IMG/VR virus record: IMGVR_UViG_3300030372_004928
Coordinates: 1-64,000 of that record
Reading direction: 5' to 3' (one strand)
Source: a virus
Lineage: Duplodnaviria > Caudoviricetes
DNA length: 64,000 nucleotides
This document shows, piece after piece, positions 29,315 to 36,900 of the stretch; the stretch's first letter is position 1, and the number at the start of each line of letters is the position of its first letter. Position numbers and translations under genes: made by a program. The notes below the pieces were generated by a model. The model did no database searches, had not been told where the DNA came from, and was given only the letters and a program-made list of their open reading frames with translations.

Positions 29315-29358
29315 TACTCATAGATTCTTTTATAAGTTTCTATGAGTATAATTTTTTT
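29315..29358 (+). terminator. Intrinsic terminator
   Basis: Perfect 10-bp stem TACTCATAGA/TCTATGAGTA followed by a T-run. Confidence 0.65.
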
Positions 29359-29361
29359 CTT

Positions 29362-29514
29362 ATGAAGATAATTTATAATAAGATATATGTTGAAAATGAA
29401 CATGTAGCGACTATTAGTTTTGGTCAATTAATTGTTAAAACTGATGATAAGGATATAATCAAAAAATTAAAAATACAAGCTTTTAAATTAAATTTAGAAT
29501 TAATTACTTATTAA
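29362..29514 (+). CDS. 50-aa hypothetical protein
   Basis: Hand-translated: MKIIYNKIYVENEHVATISFGQ...ELITY. Confidence 0.5.
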   Translation: MKIIYNKIYVENEHVATISFGQLIVKTDDKDIIKKLKIQAFKLNLELITY

Positions 29515-29526
29515 AAACAATCAACT

Positions 29527-29769
29527 ATGTCTGACATAATAATTGAATACTGGGATAATAAAAAATTAGTACATACTTTCAATAAATCTGGTGATGAAGA
29601 AAAAATTTTTAGAGATGTATATAACAAAAATCGTGAATTAAGATATTGCGATAGAAGTTATTTTAAATTAAAAAATAAAGAAGATGAGCAAAGATATTTT
29701 GAATGGATAAATAAACTAAGTCGTCAAACCAGATTTGATATGTATTATGGAAATGATGAAGTTGAATAA
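29527..29769 (+). CDS. Hypothetical protein
   Basis: ORF track. Confidence 0.6.
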   Translation: MSDIIIEYWDNKKLVHTFNKSGDEEKIFRDVYNKNRELRYCDRSYFKLKNKEDEQRYFEWINKLSRQTRFDMYYGNDEVE

Positions 29770-29783
29770 AAATTATTAAAAAT

Positions 29784-29981
29784 ATGACTGATAAACCTAT
29801 TGATGAAGAAACTTTAACTAAAGAAGTATTTCTTTTTCTAGATATATTAAAGGAAAGTGGAGTTACTAATATGTTAGGTAGTGTACCATACATAATGGCT
29901 GAATTTAATATAAATAAAATAAAATCGAGAAAATTACTTATTTCATGGATAAAAAATATTGAAAATGAAAACACCGTTTAA
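29784..29981 (+). CDS. Small phage protein (LD.L.ESGVTNM.G..PY pattern)
   Basis: Pattern I recall from small phage proteins; function unknown. Confidence 0.6.
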   Translation: MTDKPIDEETLTKEVFLFLDILKESGVTNMLGSVPYIMAEFNINKIKSRKLLISWIKNIENENTV

Positions 29982-30159
29982 TGGATTTGAAAATTATTTA
30001 CTTACTAAAGGATTAGAACTTAAAGTTGAAAGTATAAAAGAAGAAATTAGAGAAGCTAAAGCAAAAAATAAAAATCATCTAATGACTGAAGATTATATTG
30101 AAATAGTTGGAAAAGAATTACTTAGAAAAGTACATAATTTTACTAAAAAAGACTTATAA
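29959..30159 (+). CDS. Hypothetical protein
   Basis: ORF track (true start may be internal). Confidence 0.55.
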   Translation: MKMKTPFNGFENYLLTKGLELKVESIKEEIREAKAKNKNHLMTEDYIEIVGKELLRKVHNFTKKDL

Positions 30160-30367
30160 AATGAATAAAAAGCAATTTACAACCCGAATGGAACTTTTAA
30201 GACATAGTCTTAATATTACCCTAGAATCTATGAAAGAAACTGTAAAATCTTATGTTTCTGATTCAAATAATAAAAATATAAATTTATATGAAACAGACAC
30301 TATTTTACAAGAAATAGATTTCAAATCTTATTTATTATCTGATAAAATTAAAAAAATAGAGAAATGA
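30107..30367 (+). CDS. Hypothetical protein (likely start 30161, MNKKQF)
   Basis: ORF track. Confidence 0.5.
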   Translation: MEKNYLEKYIILLKKTYKMNKKQFTTRMELLRHSLNITLESMKETVKSYVSDSNNKNINLYETDTILQEIDFKSYLLSDKIKKIEK

Positions 30368-30603
30368 GCGATTTACAAAAAAAACTTCAAAAAATAGTAG
30401 ATGAAAATGCTAAAAGAGTAGAAGATACAGGTAGAGCACATATAGATACATGTGACGCTAGTTATTATGGATGGGATTCTGATGTTTGGGATCATCGTCA
30501 CACTATTATGAATGCCTTTAGAAATAGGGGTTATCAAGTAAGTGCAACAACAAATCACGGTGTACTAGACATCGTTATTACTAAACCTATAGAACTCAAT
30601 TAA
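30364..30603 (+). CDS. Hypothetical protein
   Basis: ORF track; ATGA coupling. Confidence 0.6.
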   Translation: MSDLQKKLQKIVDENAKRVEDTGRAHIDTCDASYYGWDSDVWDHRHTIMNAFRNRGYQVSATTNHGVLDIVITKPIELN

Positions 30604-30605
30604 TT

Positions 30606-30941
30606 ATGGAAGAATCAAAATATAGTATAATAGAAGAAAATAAAATGATTGCTCATTTTATGGGTTTAGAAATAATTACAGACGGAATAAATCATTTTGA
30701 TACAAAATTTAATCGTTTAAAAGATTATCATAAAGATTGGAATGCTTTAATGCCTGTAATTTATAAAATTATATGGTTAGAAGGTTATGATGACCCTGAA
30801 TCATATGATGAAATATATGGAGGATTAACTAATGCATTGATAGGTCAAACTTATAATGCAGTAATTTTATTTTTAGAAAACAATATTTATAATAAGATTG
30901 ATTTAAAAAAATCAAAATTTAAATACTATGAAAAACAATGA
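30606..30941 (+). CDS. Hypothetical protein (paralog of the next gene)
   Basis: ENKMIAHFMG...YH.DWNALMPVI.K...YNAVI.F. Confidence 0.65.
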   Translation: MEESKYSIIEENKMIAHFMGLEIITDGINHFDTKFNRLKDYHKDWNALMPVIYKIIWLEGYDDPESYDEIYGGLTNALIGQTYNAVILFLENNIYNKIDLKKSKFKYYEKQ

Positions 30942-31200
30942 AAACAAACTAATAGTAGAATTTATGGAAATTGACTATGTAGATGTTGATACTTGGTTAG
31001 AAAATAATTCAGAATTAAAATACCAAGAATCGTGGGATTGGTTAATTCCTGTAGTAAAAAAGTGTTTGCAAACAGGAAATAATACTGATGAGTGGGATGA
31101 GATTTCTAATTCTTTAAATACAATGGATAAAGAAGTAGTTTACAATCAAATAATTGAATTTATTAAACAATATAATATAGATAAAGATGGAACAAGATAA
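30928..31200 (+). CDS. Hypothetical protein (paralog of the previous gene)
   Basis: ENKLIVEFME...YQESWDWLIPVVKK...YNQIIEF. Confidence 0.65.
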   Translation: MKNNENKLIVEFMEIDYVDVDTWLENNSELKYQESWDWLIPVVKKCLQTGNNTDEWDEISNSLNTMDKEVVYNQIIEFIKQYNIDKDGTR

Positions 31201-31303
31201 ATTTTATCCAGGCGATACTATCACTTGGATAGTAAAAACTAAAAAAACTAAAAAATCTATTAAAGTAAAAACTAAAGTATCTAAAAAAAAGTCTTATGAA
31301 TGA
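31187..31303 (+). CDS. 38-aa Lys-rich peptide
   Basis: Hand-translated; overlaps both neighbouring genes. Confidence 0.35.
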   Translation: MEQDKFYPGDTITWIVKTKKTKKSIKVKTKVSKKKSYE

Positions 31304-31649
31304 CATTATAGAAGAATTAAAACAAACTCCAATGGAAACTTTTGGTTTTGATGCAAGAATCTTTGATGCTGTTAAGGCAGGTAATTATTACCTGTCTTGC
31401 CAAGGGAGTGGAGGACATTATTGTTACCCAAGAACTTTATTACCTATTGATAAATATTCTTCTTTAGAAGTTGCCGTTTATAATAATAAAAGAAAAATGA
31501 TTAATATCTCTAGAAGTAGTGTATTAAGAAAATTCCCTCATTACTCAAAATTACTTGAATGTAGTGATGGAAGTATACTGTCATGGGTAGATATTAATTT
31601 ATTAAATGATTTATACAAATACCTAAAAGATTATGAGCCAAGAAAATGA
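31296..31649 (+). CDS. Hypothetical protein
   Basis: ORF track. Confidence 0.65.
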   Translation: MNDIIEELKQTPMETFGFDARIFDAVKAGNYYLSCQGSGGHYCYPRTLLPIDKYSSLEVAVYNNKRKMINISRSSVLRKFPHYSKLLECSDGSILSWVDINLLNDLYKYLKDYEPRK

Positions 31650-32007
31650 AGATTATATAAATAAAAGATTAATATATTGTTCTTTACTATTACAAGAATA
31701 TGGTTATAGAGAGTTAATTAATTCGCCATTAGTGAAAGGGGAGAACAAATATATGTGTAAATCTAAACTTAAATATATAAAAAACAATCTATTACAATTT
31801 GCAAGAAATGCAGGAGCAACAAGACAAATGGTACAAAAAAGTGAAGATATTGCTATAAATAATGTAGGATTAATGGCTAGTGTGATGGGAACATTAGCTC
31901 TTGTTCCTGAATGTCAAATTGATTTTATAGAAACAGAATTTGCTAAAATTTGTCTAGAATCAATGAATAGATTTAATAAAACTAAAAAACTTAAAAAAGA
32001 TGAATGA
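31633..32007 (+). CDS. Hypothetical protein
   Basis: ORF track. Confidence 0.6.
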   Translation: MSQENEDYINKRLIYCSLLLQEYGYRELINSPLVKGENKYMCKSKLKYIKNNLLQFARNAGATRQMVQKSEDIAINNVGLMASVMGTLALVPECQIDFIETEFAKICLESMNRFNKTKKLKKDE

Positions 32008-32506
32008 AGAAACTATGATTGAATATAAATCTAAAAAAAAAGTTAAATCTGAAGTAAATATATGTCAAGAGTTTATATTAGAAACAAAAGTAAATTATAA
32101 ACAAGGAAATATAGTTATAACAGGAAGTCATATTTCTAATGAAGAATTACATAAAATTTGGAATAATAAATTTAAAGATATAAGATTACGAGAAAGATTT
32201 GTTACTTTATATTTAAATCGAAATAATTATATATTAGGTTATTATTTAGCAGGTATGGGTTCAACTTGTGGTATAACAATAGATATGAAACATATAATTC
32301 AAACAGGTTTACAATGTAATGCACAAGCAATTATTCTTTGTCATAATCATCCTTCTGGAAATATTAATCCATCAAGAGCTGATTTAGATTTGACAAAAAA
32401 AATTAAAGAAGCTGCAAAATTTTTTGATATTAGTGTACTAGATCATATAATTATTACACCTGATGAAGATAAATATTATTCTTTTTCTGATGAATCTAAA
32501 ATTTAA
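32000..32506 (+). CDS. radC: RadC-family JAB-domain protein
   Basis: RERF (catalytic E), HNHPSG...PS.AD, VLDHIII. Confidence 0.9.
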   Translation: MNEETMIEYKSKKKVKSEVNICQEFILETKVNYKQGNIVITGSHISNEELHKIWNNKFKDIRLRERFVTLYLNRNNYILGYYLAGMGSTCGITIDMKHIIQTGLQCNAQAIILCHNHPSGNINPSRADLDLTKKIKEAAKFFDISVLDHIIITPDEDKYYSFSDESKI

Positions 32507-32584
32507 TTAACCTAAATAATTTTTTTATTTTAAAAATTTTATTCTTATTTTGGATGTCAATTCGAATAAGGCTTGATGATTTCG

Positions 32585-32611
32585 AAAAGGTTTCCATGTT
32601 GGAGACCTTTT
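32585..32611. terminator. Bidirectional terminator-like hairpin 1
   Basis: AAAAGGTTTCCA-TGT-TGGAGACCTTTT at the convergence of the plus and minus blocks. Confidence 0.7.
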
Positions 32612-32614
32612 CTT

Positions 32615-32645
32615 TTTGTTTTTTATTAAGTTTTTATTATATTTG
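32615..32645 (+). promoter_or_regulatory. Bacteroidota primary-sigma promoter
   Basis: TTTG (32615-32618) - 19 nt - TATATTTG (32638-32645); exact consensus, no gene downstream. Confidence 0.55.
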
Positions 32646-32685
32646 AAATGCGAAATAATAAGGCTAAACTTTTGTACTTTAAGTT

Positions 32686-32719
32686 AAGGTTTCCAATTTT
32701 GGAAACCTTTTCTTTTTTT
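32686..32719 (+). terminator. Terminator hairpin 2 (paralog of hairpin 1)
   Basis: AAGGTTTCCA-ATTT-TGGAAACCTT-TTCTTTTTTT. Confidence 0.7.
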
Positions 32720-32738
32720 GAAAAATTTTAATCGGCAA

Positions 32739-33875
32739 TCAATCTACGTGTTTAGTAAATCTTGCAATTTGTCCATTATGTGGACAGTGTAAAAATCCTT
32801 CAATAGCAGGTGTAGCTTTATATCCTTTTGAATTATGCCAAGCATCCGTTCCAGATATAGATTTTATATATTCAACAGAAATAGAATTTTTAATAATATT
32901 TGAGCTATCTTTTATTATTGTAACATCGTTATATTCTTTAGAGATAGTTTTATTAAAATTCTTTCTTATATGATGGTGTAAATGTCCTAAATACCAATAG
33001 CCGTATTTACATTTTGACCAAGATGCTTTTGCTTCAACTTTCATTAAATTTACAAGTTCTACATCTTTAGCAGTATCTCCATGAGAAAAACCGAGTAGAT
33101 TTATTCCATAATGTACATATTTTCTAGCATTTACATTTGTATCAAAACTTATATTTTTACATTTATAATAATAAGCTTCCAAGCATTTAGATAAATAATA
33201 CCCACTTAAATAATCGTGATTACTCATACAATGTATATAATGTATATCTGCTACTTGTAATAAAATATCTATAACTTTAATATATGTTTGAAAAGCTGCA
33301 TTATAAGTTTCGTAAAATTTATTACTTACATCTTGTGGTGTTCCTTTAGTAGTAGTATTTAATATACTATCTGTATGTAATATATCATTACCACCAACTA
33401 ATATTATTTTTTCTATATTGAAATTAGTTATATATTCTAATAATCCATTAACTCCATTTAACATTCTTTCAGTAGCGATTTCAAGATTATATTTGTTTCC
33501 TGTTTCCTCTACTGTGGCTAACTTTCCAAAATGAACATCTGAAGGACTAATACAAAACAAGATAGGATTATCATAAGTTTTTCTATTTATTTTTTTAAAT
33601 GTAGGAGAGTTATCTTGTATTTCTTTAACAAGAAAATTTGTAGTTTTTATTAAATCAACTTCTTTTGTTTTGGCAAATATTGAATATTTTTTAGATTTAT
33701 ACCAATAATGTTTTATATCTTCTTTGGGAATTCCAGCTTCTAATGCTTCTGTTAATAGTCCTTCTTTTTTTGTACGAAATTGTTTAAATTCTTGTTCTGT
33801 AAAATGGTTTCTGAAAAAGTCTGCATCATATTTTGAAAACCATTGAGGCATTCTAGGTCTATTAGGTTTTTTCAT
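32739..33875 (-). CDS. Calcineurin-like metallophosphoesterase
   Basis: SDVHFG, GNDILH, SNHD, SHGD, GHLHH. Confidence 0.85.
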   Translation of the reverse strand: MKKPNRPRMPQWFSKYDADFFRNHFTEQEFKQFRTKKEGLLTEALEAGIPKEDIKHYWYKSKKYSIFAKTKEVDLIKTTNFLVKEIQDNSPTFKKINRKTYDNPILFCISPSDVHFGKLATVEETGNKYNLEIATERMLNGVNGLLEYITNFNIEKIILVGGNDILHTDSILNTTTKGTPQDVSNKFYETYNAAFQTYIKVIDILLQVADIHYIHCMSNHDYLSGYYLSKCLEAYYYKCKNISFDTNVNARKYVHYGINLLGFSHGDTAKDVELVNLMKVEAKASWSKCKYGYWYLGHLHHHIRKNFNKTISKEYNDVTIIKDSSNIIKNSISVEYIKSISGTDAWHNSKGYKATPAIEGFLHCPHNGQIARFTKHVD

Positions 33876-33950
33876 ATATTTTTTAATATGTGAATATTAA
33901 TATTTACAAAAACTTTTAAAAAAGATAGCCAATAGAAGGGAAAAACTATT

Positions 33951-33995
33951 AGGTGTTACAGCTGTGACAGCTGTGTAAGTTGTGCTAGTTGTGTA
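33951..33995. repeat. Five tandem 9-bp direct repeats (AG[C/T/G]TGTnnn)
   Basis: aggtgttac agctgtgac agctgtgta agttgtgct agttgtgta. Confidence 0.7.
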
Positions 33996-33999
33996 TATA

Positions 34000-36900
34000 T
34001 TAATATAATTTATAAAATTTATAATTTTTATGCATAAAATCAGTTTTAACTTTTTGACTCCAAACAGGAACTAATTTTTGAGCATGAATAGATAATTTAT
34101 TTTCCCCATAATATACCCCACCTTGATATTCTAAATCTTCTGGAGCAGTTATTGGATAAGCTATAACTTCTTTAGATAATCTTAAAATATCTTCCATTGT
34201 TTTAAATGCTGCTAAAGGATTTTTGATAAGTTTTTTACTTTCATTAATCCATCCACCTCCCATAAATACACCTTCTTCATTAAATCCAACTGCAATAGGC
34301 ATATAAGTTGTTAATTCTGTTACGGTTCTATCTAATTGATAAAGTGTAAGTACTAAAGCAAATGGTGGTTCATCATCATCTCCTTTCAGATATTTAGCTA
34401 AACTTAATAAACCTAATGCCATTGCAAAAGCACCATATTCTGCTACTGTTCTTTTAACATTTGCTTTTTGAGTTTCATTTAATGTATGCCAATGAAGTTT
34501 AGCACTTCCGATAAATTTAGTATAATCTCCAATTATATTTCCTATTGCTTTTAAAGCAGTAATTTGCATTTCTCCTTCTTGTTTATTTTCTTGACTTTCT
34601 TTATAAAGTGCTATATTTTCTTGTATTGGTCTTGTTAAGAAATTCCATGTAGTAACGTACATACCTTCATCATAATGAGAACGTCTTTCATTCCATTCAG
34701 TTTTACCGAAAGTAGAACCGAATCTTTTAGTCCAACCAGGTCTCATCCATTTACGGAATTGCATAGCTAATCTTCCTAATGCATATTTCTGTAATGCACC
34801 TGCATCTTCTTTATTATATATACCATGAAGATATTGATTAACTCCTAATACTCTCATTTGAAATTCTGCAATTTCATCTTTCTTTAATTTTGTTCCTTTT
34901 TTTAATTTTAATTTACCATCTGTAAATTCATAACTATCATATAAAGTATCAAACTTTTCAAATTCTGCTTTTAATTCTTTTCGTTTCTTTTTATTTTCAG
35001 CAATTACTTTCTTTACATTTTCAGGGTCAGCATTAATCATTTCTTTAGTTATCTTTGTTAATTTATCTTGAACAAATTCATTAAATTTCATTATTCTTCC
35101 ATTAACTACTCTATGACTATAAGCCATTGCTAATAAAGTACGATTTTGTAAATTATGTTCTGACATATGTTCAAACATAAATGCTTTATTTGTAATAATA
35201 CCCATTTTATTAAGCATTACATTCCCTAATGCATCGCTTTGATTTTCATTTCCAGCTAATTCTTTAAAATCCATTAAAATAGGAATATGATGCATAAATG
35301 CACTCTGTTTAGAGCTAAAATTAAATGAAGCTTCATCATCAGCAAAATAACTAATTATACCTGTTGTATAAGTTCCTGCAGCTTTTCTCCAATCTTTACT
35401 ACTAAAAAATTCACTAGAAACTGCTTCAATTTTACTCATAAGTTCCCCATACACTTGATTATTTAAACTACTATAAGGATTAAAAGCCATACTTTTAAGA
35501 GAAGTATAATTTTGAAGTACTCCTAAAGCTTTTTGCATAGTTCCTTCATCATTCTCAAATTCTTCATAGAAAATCATTCTTAACCAATCATTATATCTAT
35601 CTAAAATTCTACTTCCTTTTGTTCCACTTTTAACTAAATGATCTTCATATCCTGCAGCCCATTTAGCTTTATCTTTTATTGGTGCATTATTTTTTAAGGT
35701 TAATATTTGATGATTTTCAATAAAAGACCTTTTTACTCTAAGCAACTCAAATTCCATTGCTTTTTTATGTTTATGATTTAATGCAGTTTTAATAAAAATT
35801 GGCATTGTCTTAGATAAATCTAATTCTATTGCAGCAGCGTGTGCTTCTTTATTCTCTTTTCTTATTTCTTCATTTAATTTATGATATTTTCTTTTATCTT
35901 CTATAGACATTTCATCATGAATTTCATGTAATTCTTTTTGATTTAATAAATTATTAAACATAAAAGGAATGAAATGTACTATTTCATTATTTACATCTGT
36001 AGCTACACCTTTTGTTTGGTCATAATCTCCTGTTTTTCTCCAACCCATTTTAACTGCAAATTCTTCCATAAATCCTTTCATATTTTTAGGAACAGCAGGT
36101 AAATAACCTTTACTAACCATACTAGATTTTGTATGTTCTGTTAAATAAGCAAGTACTGAAGTTAAATATTTATGAAATTCTAATTCACTTGCTGTAAGAT
36201 TATTATAATCTTCATTACCGTATACACTTTCTTTAGGTTTATACATTACACTACTTTTCTTAAAAATTCTATTTCCTTTTGGGTCAAAGTAAATTAATGT
36301 ATTAAGCCATTTATCATACGCTCTTGTATCATCACTATTAAGAGGATTTTCTAATTCTTTCCTCTTTTCATCCATTATTATTTGTCGTTCCTCATCACTA
36401 CGTTCTTCTACATTGTTATCGTAGAAATCATTAAGAGTATCTCTGTAAGCTTTTGTACCTGTTTTATATTTTGCAGCATCTTTAAAAGCTTTATCTCTTT
36501 CTGCTTTAAATCTATCATAATCTAAATCAGTAATAACTTTCCCAGTTGATTTATCAATAAATTTATCTAATGATGAACCTGAAGCTTCTAATTCTTTTAA
36601 TTTTTCTAACCATTGTTCTGTCATAGCTTTAGTTTCATCATCCATTTCTCTTTTCTTATAAGCATATGCTCTCATTACATTTGCAAAATATCTATTATGA
36701 GTATCTGCTAATGAATCCATGTTATGTTGCATTAAAGATAAATCTCTTTGAGCTTCAAAAAAATCAATATTAGTATTTAAAACACCTCTACCACCACTTA
36801 AAGGATTTGATGATATTTCTTGGTATCTTAAATCTAATTGTTGATTTAACATTTTTAATCTCCATTTTAAATTAGAAATATGGTCTAAATTTCTTTTTAA

